In this document: piece after piece, positions 12,700 to 27,599 of the stretch | Numbering within the stretch: the first letter of the stretch is position 1 | Layout: each line of letters starts with the position of its first letter | Assembly: GCA_043228905.1 (NCBI GenBank) | Contig: JBHGNT010000040.1 | Coordinates: forward strand, 1-64,000 | Length of the DNA: 64,000 bases | From: Azolla caroliniana | Taxonomy: Eukaryota > Plantae > Polypodiophyta | Direction: 5' to 3' | Made by a program: the position numbers and the translations under genes | The notes under the pieces: model-generated | Databases searched by the model: none | What the model was told of the DNA's origin: nothing | The model's input: only the letters and a program-made list of their open reading frames with translations

Positions 12700-15600
12700 C
12701 TAATTTACTAATTTCTTCATGTCTCTCGACCTGAGTTTCAAAATCTTGATTTTTTAACTCCATATCATAGCTAGTGTTGTTAGCTTCGAGTCGCATGATA
12801 GAACTCTAAAATCGGATATCACACGAGCCAGGTATGAACATTTTAATTTACTCACGCGCTCTTCTCAACTCCCTCCTCAAATTTACTAATTTCTTCATGT
12901 CTCTCGACCTGAGTTTCAAAATCTTGATTTTCTAATTTCATATCATAGCTAGTGTTGTCAGCTTCGATTCGCATGTTTGAACACAAAAATACGCTATCAC
13001 ACGAGCCAGGTATGACAATTTTCATTTACTCCCGCGCTCTTCTCAACTCCCTCCTCTAATTTAGTAATTTCTTCATGTCTCTCGACCTGAGTTTCAAAAT
13101 GTTGATTTTTTAATTCCATATCATACCTAGTGTTGTTAGCTTCAATTCGGAGGATGGAACACTAAAATCGGATATCACACGAGCCAGGTATGACCATTTT
13201 AATTTACTCACGCGCTCTTCTCAACTCCCTCCTCAAATTTTGTAATTTCTTCATGTCTCTCGACCTGAGTTTCAAAATCTTGATTTTCTAATTCCATATC
13301 ATAGGTAGTGTTGTTAGCTTCGATTCGCATCTTTGAACAGTAAAATCCGATATCACACGAGCCAGGTATGACAACTTTAATTTACTCACGCACTCTTCTC
13401 AACTCCCTCCTTTAATTTACTAATTTCTTCATGTCTCTCGACCTGAGTTTCAAAATCTTGATTTTTTAATTCGATATCATAGCTAGTGTTATTAGCTTCG
13501 ATTCGCATGATGGAACACGAAAATCGGATATCACACCAGCCAGGTATGAACATTTGAATTTACTCACTTGCTCTTCTCAACTCCCTCCTCAAATTTGGTA
13601 ATTTCTTCATGTCTCTCGACCTGAGTTTCAAATTCTTGATTTTCTAATTCCATATAATAGGTAGTGTTGTTAGCTTCGATTCGCATGTTTGAACACTAAA
13701 ATCCGATATCACACGAGCCAGGTATGACCATTTTAATTTACTCACGCGCTCTTCTCAACTCCCTCCTCTAATTTACTAATTTCTTCATGTCTCTCGACCT
13801 GAGTTTCAAAATGTTGATTTTCTAATTCCATATCATAGGTAGTGTTGTTAGCTTCGATTCGCATCTTTGAACAGTAAAATCCGATATCACACGAGCCAGG
13901 TATGACAATGTTAATTTCCTCACGCGATCTTCTCAACTCCCTCCTCTAATTTACTAATTTCTTCATGTCTCTCGACCTGAGTTTCAAAATCTTGATTTTT
14001 TAACTCCATATCATAGCTAGTGTTGTTAGCTTCGAGTCGCATGATAGAACACTAAAATCGGATATCACACGAGCCAGGTATGAACATTTTAATTTACTCA
14101 CGCGCTCTTCTCAACTCCCTCCTCAAATTTACTAATTTCTTCATGTCTCTCGACCTGAGTTTCAAAATCTTGATTTTCTAATTTCATATCATAGCTAGTG
14201 TTGTCAGCTTCGATTCGCATGTTTGAACACAGAAATACGCTATCACACGAGCCAGGTATGACAATTTTCATTTACTCACGCGCTCTTCTCAACTCCCTCC
14301 TCTAATTTACTAATTTCTTCATGTCTCTCGACCTGAGTTTCAAAATGTTGATTTTTTAATTCCATATCATACCTAGTGTTGTTAGCTTCGATTCGGAGGA
14401 TGGAACACTAAAATCGGATATCACACGAGCCAAGTATGAACATTTTAATTTACTCACGCTCCCTTCTCAGATCCCTCCTCAAATTTTGTAATTTCTTCAT
14501 GTCTCTCGACCTGAGTTTCAAAATCTTGATTTTCTAATTCCATATCATAGGTAGTGTTGTTAGCTTCGATTCGCATCTTTGAACAGTAAAATCCGATATC
14601 ACACGAGCCAGGTATGACAACTTTAATTTACTCACGCACTCTTCTCAACTCCCTCCTCTAATTTACTAATTTCTTCATGTCTCTCGACCTGAGTTTCAAA
14701 ATCTTGCTTTTTTAATTCGATATCATAGCTAGTGTTATTAGCTTCGATACGCATGATGGAACACGAAAATCGGATATCACACCAGCCAGGTATGAACATT
14801 TTAATTTACTCACTTGCTCTTCTCAACTCCCTCCTCAAATTTACTAATTTCTTCATGTCTCTCGACCTGAGTTTCAAAATCTTGATTTTCTAATTTCATA
14901 TCATAGCTAGTGTTGTCAGCTTCGATTCGCATGTTTGAACACAAAAATACGCTATCACACGAGCCAGGTATGACAATTTTCATTTACTCACGCGCTCTTC
15001 TCAACTCCCTCCTCTAATTTACTAATTTCTTCATGTCTCCCGATCTGAGTTTCAAAATGTTGATTTTCTAATTCCATATCATACCTAGTGTTGTTAGCTT
15101 CGATTCGGAGGATGGAACACTAAAATCGGATATCACACGAGCCAGGTATGAACATTTTAATTTACTCACGCTCTCTTCTCAGATCCCTCCTCAAATTTTG
15201 TAATTTCTTCATGTCTCTCGACCTGAGTTTCAAAATCTTGATTTTCTAATTCCATATCATAGCTAGTGTTGTTAGCTTCGATTCGCATGTTGTATGAACA
15301 TTTTAATTTACTCACGCGCTGTTGTCAGCTCCCTCCTGTAATTTACTAATTTTTTCATGTCTCGCGACCTGAGTTTCAAAATCTTGATTTTCTAATTCCA
15401 TATCATAGGTAGTGTTGTTAGCTTTGATTCGCATGTTTCAACACAAAAATCCGATATCACACGAGCCAGGTATGACAATTTTAATTTCCTCACGCGATCT
15501 TCTCAACTCCCTCCTCTAATTTACTAATTTCTTCATGTCTCTCGACCTGAGTTTCAAAATCTTGATTTTTTAACTCCATATCATAGCTAGTGTTGTTAGC

Positions 15601-18600
15601 TTCGAGTCGCATGATAGAACTCTAAAATCGGATATCACACGAGCCAGGTATGAACATTTTAATTTACTCACGCGCTCTTCTCAACTCCCTCCTCAAATTT
15701 ACTAATTTCTTCATGTCTCTCGACCTGAGTTTCAAAATCTTGATTTTCTAATTTCATATCATAGCTAGTGTTGTCAGCTTCGATTCGCATGTTTGAACAC
15801 AAAAATACGCTATCACACGAGCCAGGTATGACAATTTTCATTTACTCACGCGCTCTTCTCAACTCCCTCCTCTAATTTACTAATTTCTTCCTGTCTCTCG
15901 ACCTGAGTTTCAAAATGTTGATTTTTTAATTCCATATCATACCTAGTGTTGTTAGCTTCAATTCGGAGGATGGAACACTAAAATCGGATATCACACGAGC
16001 TAGGTATGAACATTTTAATTTACTCACCCTCTATTCTCAGATCCCTCCTCAAATTTTGTAATTTCTTCATGTCTCTCGACCTGAGTTTCAAAATCTTGAT
16101 TTTCTAATTCCATATCATAGCTAGTGTTGTTAGCTTCGATTCGCATCTTTGAACAGTAAAATCCGATATCACACGAGCCAGGTATGACAACTTTAATTTA
16201 CTCACGCACTCTTCTCAACTCCCTCCTTTAATTTACTAATTTCTTCATGTCTCTCGACCTGAGTTTCAAAATCTTGATTTTTTAATTCGATATCATAGCT
16301 AGTGTTATTAGGTTCGATTCGCATGATGGAACACGAAAATCGGATATCACACCAGCCAGGTATGAACATTTTAATTTACTCACTTGCTCTTCTCAACTCC
16401 CTCCTCAAATTTGGTAATTTCTTCATGTCTCTCGACCTGAGTTTCAAATTCTTGATTTTCTAATTCCATATAATAGGTAGTGTTGTTAGCTTCGATTCGC
16501 ATGTTTGAACACTAAAATCCGATATCACACGAGCCAGGTATGACCATTTTAATTTACTCACGCGCTCTTCTCAACTCCCTCCTGTAATTTACTAATTTCT
16601 TCATGTCTCTTGACCTGAGTTTCAAAATCTTGATTTTCTAATTCCATATCATAGGTAGTGTTGTTAGCTTCGATTCGCATCTTTGAACAGTAAAATCCGA
16701 TATCACACGAGCCAGGTATGACAACTTTAATTTACTCACGCACTCTTCTCAACTCCCTCCTCTAATTTACTAATTTCTTCATGTCTCTCGACCTGAGTTT
16801 CAAAATCTTGATTTTTTAACTCCATATCATAGCTAGTGTTGTTAGCTTCGAGTCGCATGATAGAACTCTAAAATCGGATATCACACGAGCCAGGTATGAA
16901 CATTTTAATTTACTCACGCGCTCTTCTCAACTCCCTCCTCAAATTTACTAATTTCTTCATGTCTCTCGACCTGAGTTTCAAAATCTTGATTTTCTAATTT
17001 CATATCATAGCTAGTGTTGTCAGCTTCGATTCGCATGTTTGAACACAAAAATACGCTATCACACGAGCCAGGTATGACAATTTTCATTTACTCACGCGCT
17101 CTTCTCAACTCCCTCCTCTAATTTAGTAATTTCTTCATGTCTCTCGACCTGAGTTTCAAAATGTTGATTTTCTAATTTCATATCATAGCTAGTGTTGTCA
17201 GCTTCGATTCGCATGTTTGAACACAAAAATACGCTATCACACGAGCCAGGTATGACAATTTTCATTTACTCACGCGCTCTTCTCAACTCCCTCCTCTAAT
17301 TTACTAATTTCTTCATGTCTCTCGACCTGAGTTTCAAAATCTTGATTTTCTAATTTCATATCATAGCTAGTGTTGTCAGCTTCGATTCGCATGTTTGAAC
17401 ACAAAAATCCGATATCACACGAGCCAGGTATGACCATTTTAATTTACTCACGCGCTCTTCTCAACTCCCTCCTCTACTTTACCAATTTCTTCATGTCTCT
17501 CGACCTGAGTTTCAAAATCTTGATTTTCTAATTTCATATCATAGGTAGTGTTGTCAGCTTCGATTCGCATGTTTGAACACAAAAATACGCTATCACACGA
17601 GCCAGGTATGACAATTTTCATTTACTCACGCGCTCTTCTCAACTCCCTCCTCTAATTTACTAATTTCTTCATGTCTCTCGACCTGAGTTTCAAAATCTTG
17701 ATTTTTTAACTCCATATCATAGCTAGTGTTGTTAGCTTCGAGTCGCATGATAGAACTCTAAAATCGGATATCACACGAGCCAGGTATGAACATTTTAATT
17801 TACTCACGCGCTCTTCTCAACTCCCTCCTCAAATTTACTAATTTCTTCATGTCTCTCGACCTGAGTTTCAAAATCTTGATTTTCTAATTTCATATCATAG
17901 CTAGTGTTGTCAGCTTCGATTCGCATGTTTGAACACAAAAATACGCTATCACACGAGCCAGGTATGACAATTTTCATTTACTCACGCGCTCTTCTCAACT
18001 CCCTCCTCTAATTTAGTAATTTCTTCGTGTCTCTCGACCTGAGTTTCAAAATGTTGATTTTCTAATTCCATATCATACCTAGTGTTGTTAGCTTCAATTC
18101 GGAGGATGGAACACTAAAATCGGATATCACACGAGCCAGGTATGAACATTTTAATTTACTCACGCTCTCTTCTCAGATCCCTCCTCAAATTTGGTAATTT
18201 CTTCATGTCTCTCGACCTGAGTTTCAAAATCTTGATTTTCTAATTCCATATCATAGCTAGTGTTGTTAGCTTCGATTCGCATCTTTGAACAGTAAAATCC
18301 GATATCACACGAGCCAGGTATGACAACTTTAATTTACTCACGCACTCTTCTCAACTCCCTCCTCTAATTTACTAATTTCTTCATGTCTCTCGACCTGAGT
18401 TTCAAAATCTTGATTTTTTAACTCCATATCATAGCTAGTGTTGTTAGCTTCGAGTCGCATGATAGAACTCTAAAATCGGATATCACACGAGCCAGGTATG
18501 AACATTTTAATTTACTCACGCGCTCTTCTCAACTCCCTCCTCAAATTTACTAATTTCTTCATGTCTCTCGACCTGAGTTTCAAAATCTTGATTTTCTAAT

Positions 18601-21600
18601 TTCATATCATAGCTAGTGTTGTCAGCTTCGATTCGCATGTTTGAACACAAAAATACGCTATCACACGAGCCAGGTATGACAATTTTCATTTACTCCCGCG
18701 CTCTTCTCAACTCCCTCCTCTAATTTAGTAATTTCTTCATGTCTCTCGACCTGAGTTTCAAAATGTTGATTTTTTAATTCCATATCATACCTAGTGTTGT
18801 TAGCTTCAATTCGGAGGATGGAACACTAAAATCGGATATCACACGAGCCAGGTATGACCATTTTAATTTACTCACGCGCTCTTCTCAACTCCCTCCTCAA
18901 ATTTTGTAATTTCTTCATGTCTCTCGACCTGAGTTTCAAAATCTTGATTTTCTAATTCCATATCATAGGTAGTGTTGTTAGCTTCGATTCGCATCTTTGA
19001 ACAGTAAAATCCGATATCACACGAGCCAGGTATGACAACTTTAATTTACTCACGCACTCTTCTCAACTCCCTCCTTTAATTTACTAATTTCTTCATGTCT
19101 CTCGACCTGAGTTTCAAAATCTTGATTTTTTAATTCGATATCATAGCTAGTGTTATTAGCTTCGATTCGCATGATGGAACACGAAAATCGGATATCACAC
19201 CAGCCAGGTATGAACATTTGAATTTACTCACTTGCTCTTCTCAACTCCCTCCTCAAATTTGGTAATTTCTTCATGTCTCTCGACCTGAGTTTCAAATTCT
19301 TGATTTTCTAATTCCATATAATAGGTAGTGTTGTTAGCTTCGATTCGCATGTTTGAACACTAAAATCCGATATCACACGAGCCAGGTATGACCATTTTAA
19401 TTTACTCACGCGCTCTTCTCAACTCCCTCCTCTAATTTACTAATTTCTTCATGTCTCTCGACCTGAGTTTCAAAATGTTGATTTTCTAATTCCATATCAT
19501 AGGTAGTGTTGTTAGCTTCGATTCGCATCTTTGAACAGTAAAATCCGATATCACACGAGCCAGGTATGACAATGTTAATTTCCTCACGCGATCTTCTCAA
19601 CTCCCTCCTCTAATTTACTAATTTCTTCATGTCTCTCGACCTGAGTTTCAAAATCTTGATTTTTTAACTCCATATCATAGCTAGTGTTGTTAGCTTCGAG
19701 TCGCATGATAGAACACTAAAATCGGATATCACACGAGCCAGGTATGAACATTTTAATTTACTCACGCGCTCTTCTCAACTCCCTCCTCAAATTTACTAAT
19801 TTCTTCATGTCTCTCGACCTGAGTTTCAAAATCTTGATTTTCTAATTTCATATCATAGCTAGTGTTGTCAGCTTCGATTCGCATGTTTGAACACAGAAAT
19901 ACGCTATCACACGAGCCAGGTATGACAATTTTCATTTACTCACGCGCTCTTCTCAACTCCCTCCTCTAATTTACTAATTTCTTCATGTCTCTCGACCTGA
20001 GTTTCAAAATGTTGATTTTTTAATTCCATATCATACCTAGTGTTGTTAGCTTCGATTCGGAGGATGGAACACTAAAATCGGATATCACACGAGCCAAGTA
20101 TGAACATTTTAATTTACTCACGCTCCCTTCTCAGATCCCTCCTCAAATTTTGTAATTTCTTCATGTCTCTCGACCTGAGTTTCAAAATCTTGATTTTCTA
20201 ATTCCATATCATAGGTAGTGTTGTTAGCTTCGATTCGCATCTTTGAACAGTAAAATCCGATATCACACGAGCCAGGTATGACAACTTTAATTTACTCACG
20301 CACTCTTCTCAACTCCCTCCTCTAATTTACTAATTTCTTCATGTCTCTCGACCTGAGTTTCAAAATCTTGCTTTTCTAATTCGATATCATAGCTAGTGTT
20401 ATTAGCTTCGATACGCATGATGGAACACGAAAATCGGATATCACACCAGCCAGGTATGAACATTTTAATTTACTCACTTGCTCTTCTCAACTCCCTCCTC
20501 AAATTTACTAATTTCTTCATGTCTCTCGACCTGAGTTTCAAAATCTTGATTTTCTAATTTCATATCATAGCTAGTGTTGTCAGCTTCGATTCGCATGTTT
20601 GAACACAAAAATACGCTATCACACGAGCCAGGTATGACAATTTTCATTTACTCACGCGCTCTTCTCAACTCCCTCCTCTAATTTACTAATTTCTTCATGT
20701 CTCCCGATCTGAGTTTCAAAATGTTGATTTTCTAATTCCATATCATACCTAGTGTTGTTAGCTTCGATTCGGAGGATGGAACACTAAAATCGGATATCAC
20801 ACGAGCCAGGTATGAACATTTTAATTTACTCACGCTCTCTTCTCAGATCCCTCCTCAAATTTTGTAATTTCTTCATGTCTCTCGACCTGAGTTTCAAAAT
20901 CTTGATTTTCTAATTCCATATCATAGCTAGTGTTGTTAGCTTCGATTCGCATGTTGTATGAACATTTTAATTTACTCACGCGCTGTTGTCAGCTCCCTCC
21001 TGTAATTTACTAATTTTTTCATGTCTCGCGACCTGAGTTTCAAAATCTTGATTTTCTAATTCCATATCATAGGTAGTGTTGTTAGCTTTGATTCGCATGT
21101 TTCAACACAAAAATCCGATATCACACGAGCCAGGTATGACAATTTTAATTTCCTCACGCGATCTTCTCAACTCCCTCCTCTAATTTACTAATTTCTTCAT
21201 GTCTCTCGACCTGAGTTTCAAAATCTTGATTTTTTAACTCCATATCATAGCTAGTGTTGTTAGCTTCGAGTCGCATGATAGAACTCTAAAATCGGATATC
21301 ACACGAGCCAGGTATGAACATTTTAATTTACTCACGCGCTCTTCTCAACTCCCTCCTCAAATTTACTAATTTCTTCATGTCTCTCGACCTGAGTTTCAAA
21401 ATCTTGATTTTCTAATTTCATATCATAGCTAGTGTTGTCAGCTTCGATTCGCATGTTTGAACACAAAAATACGCTATCACACGAGCCAGGTATGACAATT
21501 TTCATTTACTCACGCGCTCTTCTCAACTCCCTCCTCTAATTTACTAATTTCTTCATGTCTCTCGACCTGAGTTTCAAAATGTTGATTTTTTAATTCCATA

Positions 21601-22830
21601 TCATACCTAGTGTTGTTAGCTTCAATTCGGAGGATGGAACACTAAAATCGGATATCACACGAGCCAGGTATGAACATTTTAATTTACTCACCCTCTATTC
21701 TCAGATCCCTCCTCAAATTTTGTAATTTCTTCATGTCTCTCGACCTGAGTTTCAAAATCTTGATTTTCTAATTCCATATCATAGCTAGTGTTGTTAGCTT
21801 CGATTCGCATCTTTGAACAGTAAAATCCGATATCACACGAGCCAGGTATGACAACTTTAATTTACTCACGCACTCTTCTCAACTCCCTCCTTTAATTTAC
21901 TAATTTCTTCATGTCTCTCGACCTGAGTTTCAAAATCTTGATTTTTTAATTCGATATCATAGCTAGTGTTATTAGGTTCGATTCGCATGATGGAACACGA
22001 AAATCGGATATCACACCAGCCAGGTATGAACATTTTAATTTACTCACTTGCTCTTCTCAACTCCCTCCTCAAATTTGGTAATTTCTTCATGTCTCTCGAC
22101 CTGAGTTTCAAATTCTTGATTTTCTAATTCCATATAATAGGTAGTGTTGTTAGCTTCGATTCGCATGTTTGAACACTAAAATCCGATATCACACGAGCCA
22201 GGTATGACCATTTTAATTTACTCACGCGCTCTTCTCAACTCCCTCCTGTAATTTACTAATTTCTTCATGTCTCTTGACCTGAGTTTCAAAATCTTGATTT
22301 TCTAATTCCATATCATAGGTAGTGTTGTTAGCTTCGATTCGCATCTTTGAACAGTAAAATCCGATATCACACGAGCCAGGTATGACAACTTTAATTTACT
22401 CACGCACTCTTCTCAACTCCCTCCTCTAATTTACTAATTTCTTCATGTCTCTCGACCTGAGTTTCAAAATCTTGATTTTTTAACTCCATATCATAGCTAG
22501 TGTTGTTAGCTTCGAGTCGCATGATAGAACTCTAAAATCGGATATCACACGAGCCAGGTATGAACATTTTAATTTACTCACGCGCTCTTCTCAACTCCCT
22601 CCTCAAATTTACTAATTTCTTCATGTCTCTCGACCTGAGTTTCAAAATCTTGATTTTCTAATTTCATATCATAGCTAGTGTTGTCAGCTTCGATTCGCAT
22701 GTTTGAACACAAAAATACGCTATCACACGAGCCAGGTATGACAATTTTCATTTACTCACGCGCTCTTCTCAACTCCCTCCTCTAATTTAGTAATTTCTTC
22801 ATGTCTCTCGACCTGAGTTTCAAAATGTTG
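12700..22830 (+). repeat. Duplicated satellite block, offset 5664 bp (32 monomers including one 146-bp monomer); boundaries approximate
   Basis: Private variants recur at +5664: CCCGCG at 13031/18695, TAGTAAT at 17124/22788, and identical ORF-track translations at 13742/19406. 32x178-32=5664. Confidence 0.8.
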
Positions 22831-25800
22831 ATTTTTTAATTCCATATCATACCTAGTGTTGTTAGCTTCAATTCGGAGGATGGAACACTAAAATCGGATA
22901 TCACACGAGCCAGGTATGAACATTTTAATTTACTCACGCTCTCTTCTCAGATCCCTCCTAAAATTTTGTAATTTCTTCATGTCTCTCGACCTGAGTTTCA
23001 AAATCTTGATTTTCTAATTCCATATCATAGGTAGTGTTGTTAGCTTCGATTCGCATCTTTGAACAGTAAAATCCGATATCACACGAGCCAGGTATGACAA
23101 CTTTAATTTACTCACGCACTCTTCTCAACTCCCTCCTTTAATTTACTAATTTCTTCATGTCTCTCGACCTGAGTTTCAAAATCTTGATTTTTTAATTCGA
23201 TATCATAGCTAGTGTTATTAGGTTCGATTCGCATGATGGAACACGAAAATCGGATATCACACCAGCCAGGTATGAACATTTTAATTTACTCACTTGCTCT
23301 TCTCAACTCCCTCCTCAAATTTGGTAATTTCTTCATGTCTCTCGACCTGAGTTTCAAATTCTTGATTTTCTACTTCCATATAATAGGTAGTGTTGTTAGC
23401 TTCGATTCGCATGTTTGAACACTAAAATCCGATATCACACGAGCCAGGTATGACCATTTTAATTTACTCACGCGCTCTTCTCAACTCCCTCCTCTAATTT
23501 ACTAATTTCTTCATGTCTCTTGACCTGAGTTTCAAAATCTTGATTTTCTAATTCCATATCATAGGTAGTGTTGTTAGCTTCGATTCGCATCTTTGAACAG
23601 TAAAATCCGATATCACACGAGCCAGGTATGACAACTTTAATTTACTCACGCACTCTTGTCAACTCCCTCCTCTAATTTACTAATTTCTTCATGTCTCTCG
23701 ACCTGAGTTTCAAAATCTTGCTTTTTTAATTCGATAACATAGCTAGTGTTATTAGCTTCGATTCGCATGATGGAACACGAAAATCGGATATCACACCAGC
23801 CAGGTATGAACATTTGAATTTACTCACTTGCTCTTCTCAACTCCCTCCTCAAATTTGGTAATTTCTTCATGTCTCTCGACCTGAGTTTCAAAATCTTGAT
23901 TTTCTAATTCCATATCATAGGTAGTGTTGTTAGCTTCGATTCGCATCTTTGAACAGTAAAATCCGATATCACACGAGCCAGGTATGACAACTTTAATTTA
24001 CTCACACACTCTTCTCAACTCCCTCCTCTAATTTACTAATTTCTTCATGTCTCTCGACCTGAGTTTCAAAATCTTGCTTTTTTAATTCGATATCATAGCT
24101 AGTGTTATTAGCTTCGATACGCATGATGGAACACGAAAATCGGATATCACACCAGCCAGGTATGAACATTTTAATTTACTCACTTGCTCTTCTCAACTCC
24201 CTCCTCAAATTTACTAATTTCTTCATGTCTCTCGACCTGAGTTTCAAAATCTTGATTTTCTAATTTCATATCATAGCTAGTGTTGTCAGCTTCGATTCGC
24301 ATGTTTGAACACAAAAATACGCTATCACACGAGCCAGGTATGACAATTTTCATTTACTCACGCGTTCTTCTCAACTCCCTCCTCTAATTTACTAATTTCT
24401 TCATGTCTCCCGATCTGAGTTTCAAAATGTTGATTTTCTAATTCCATATCATACCTAGTGTTGTTAGCTTCGATTCGGAGGATGGAACACTAAAATCGGA
24501 TATCACACGAGCCAGGTATGAACATTTTAATTTACTCACGCTCTCTTCTCAGATCCCTCCTCAAATTTTGTAATTTCTTCATGTCTCTCGACCTGAGTTT
24601 CAAAATCTTGATTTTCTAATTCCATATCATAGCTAGTGTTGTTAGCTTCGATTCGCATGTTGTATGAACATTTGAATTTACTCACTTGCTCTTCTCAACT
24701 CCCTCCTCAAATTTGGTAATTTCTTCATGTCTCTCGACCTGAGTTTCAAAATCTTGATTTTCTAATTCCATATCATAGGTAGTGTTGTTAGCTTCGATTC
24801 GCATCTTTGAACAGTAAAATCCGATATCACACGAGCCAGGTATGACAACTTTAATTTACTCACACACTCTTCTCAACTCCCTCCTCTAATTTACTAATTT
24901 CTTCATGTCTCTCGACCTGAGTTTCAAAATCTTGATTTTTTAACTCCATATCATAGCTAGTGTTGTTAGCTTCGAGTCGCATGATAGAACTCTAAAATCG
25001 GATATCACACGAGCCAGGTATGAACATTTTAATTTACTCACGCGCTCTTCTCAACTCCCTCCTCAAATTTACTAATTTCTTCATGTCTCTCGACCTGAGT
25101 TTCAAAATCTTGATTTTCTAATTTCATATCATAGCTAGTGTTGTCAGCTTCGATTCGCATGTTAGAACACAGAAATACGCTATCACACGAGCCAGGTATG
25201 ACAATTTTCATTTACTCACGCGCTCTTCTCAACTCCCTCCTCTAATTTACTAATTTCTTCATGTCTCTCGACCTGAGTTTCAAAATGTTGATTTTTTAAT
25301 TCCATATCATAGGTAGTGTTATTAGCTTCAATTCGGAGGATGGAACACTAAAATCGGATATCACACGAGCCAGGTATGAACATTTTAATTTACTCACCCT
25401 CTATTCTCAGATCCCTCCTCAAATTTTGTAATTTCTTCATGTCTCTCGACCTGAGTTTCAAAATCTTGATTTTTTAACTCCATATCATAGCTAGTGTTGT
25501 TAGCTTCGAGTCGCATGATAGAACACTAAAATCGGATATCACACGAGCGAGGTATGAACATTTTAATTTACTCACGCGCTCTTCTCAACTCCCTCCTCAA
25601 ATTTACTAATTTCTTCATGTCTCTCGACCTGAGTTTCAAAATCTTGATTTTCTAATTTCATATCATAGCTAGTGTTGTCAGCTTCGATTCGCATGTTTGA
25701 ACACAAAAATACGCTATCACACGAGCCAGGTATGACAATTTTCATTTACTCACGCGCTCTTCTCAACTCCCTCCTCTAATTTACTAATTTCTTCATGTCT

Positions 25801-27599
25801 CTCGACCTGAGTTTCAAAATGTTGATTTTTTAATTCCATATCATACCTAGTGTTGTTAGCTTCAATTCGGAGGATGGAACACTAAAATCGGATATCACAC
25901 GAGCCAGGTATGAACATTTTAATTTACTCACGCTCTCTTCTCAGATCCCTCCTCAAATTTTGTAATTTCTTCATGTCTCTCGACCTGAGTTTCAAAATCT
26001 TGATTTTCTAATTCCATATCATAGCTAGTGTTGTCAGCTTCGATTCGCATCTTTGAACAGTAAAATCCGATATCACACGAGCCAGGTATGACAACTTTAA
26101 TTTACTCACGCACTCTTCTCAACTCCCTCCTCTAATTTACTAATTTCTTCATGTCTCTCGACCTGAGTTTCAAAATCTTGCTTTTTTAATTCGATATCAT
26201 AGCTAGTGTTATTAGCTTCGATACGCATGATGGAACACGAAAATCGGATATCACACCAGCCAGGTATGAACATTTTAATTTACTCACTTGCTCTTCTCAA
26301 CTCCCTCCTCAAATTTACTAATTTCTTCATGTCTCTCGACCTGAGTTTCAAAATCTTGATTTTCTAATTTCATATCATAGCTAGTGTTGTCAGCTTCGAT
26401 TCGCATGTTTGAACACAAAAATACGCTATCACACGAGCCAGATATGACAATTTTCATTTACTCACGCGCTCTTCTCAACTCCCTCCTCTAATTTACTAAT
26501 TTCTTCATGTCTCCCGATCTGAGTTTCAAAATGTTGATTTTTTAATTCCATATCATACCTAGTGTTGTTAGCTTCAATTCGGAGGATGGAACACTAAAAT
26601 CGGATATCACACGAGCCAGGTATGAACATTTTAATTTACTCACGCTCTCTTCTCAGATCCCTCCTCAAATTTTGTAATTTCTTCATGTCTCTCGACCTGA
26701 GTTTCAAAATCTTGATTTTCTAATTCCATATCATAGCTAGTGTTGTTAGCTTCGATTCGCATGTTGTATGACCATTTTAATTTACTCACGCGCTGTTGTC
26801 AGCTCCCTCCTGTAATTTACTAATTTTTTCATGTCTCTCGACCTGAGTTTCAAAATCTTGATTTTCTAATTCCATATCATAGGTAGTGTTGTTAGCTTCG
26901 ATTCGCATCTTTGAACAGTAAAATCCGATATCACACGAGCCAGGTATGACAATTTTAATTTCCTCACGCGATCTTCTCAACTCCCTCCTCTAATTTACTA
27001 ATTTCTTCATGTCTCTCGACCTGAGTTTCAAAATCTTGATTTTTTAACTCCATATCATAGCTAGTGTTGTTAGCTTCGAGTCGCATGATAGAACTCTAAA
27101 ATCGGATATCACACGAGCCAGGTATGAACATTTTAATTTACTCACGCGCTCTTCTCAACTCCCTCCTCAAATTTACTAATTTCTTCATGTCTCTCGACCT
27201 GAGTTTCAAAATCTTGATTTTCTAATTTCATATCATAGCTAGTGTTGTCAGCTTCGATTCGCATGTTTGAACACAAAAATACGCTATCACACGAGCCAGG
27301 TATGACAATTTTCATTTCCTCACGCGCTCTTCTCAACTCCCTCCTCTAATTTACTAATTTCTTCATGTCTCTCGACCTGAGTTTCAAAATGTTGATTTTT
27401 TAATTCCATATCATACCTAGTGTTGTTAGCTTCAATTCGGAGGATGGAACACTATAATCGGATATCACACGAGCCAGGTATGAACATTTTAATTTACTCA
27501 CGCTCTCTTCTCAGATCCCTCCTCAAATTTTGTAATTTCTTCATGTCTCTCGACCTGAGTTTCAAAATCTTGATTTTCTAATTCCATATCATAGCTAGT

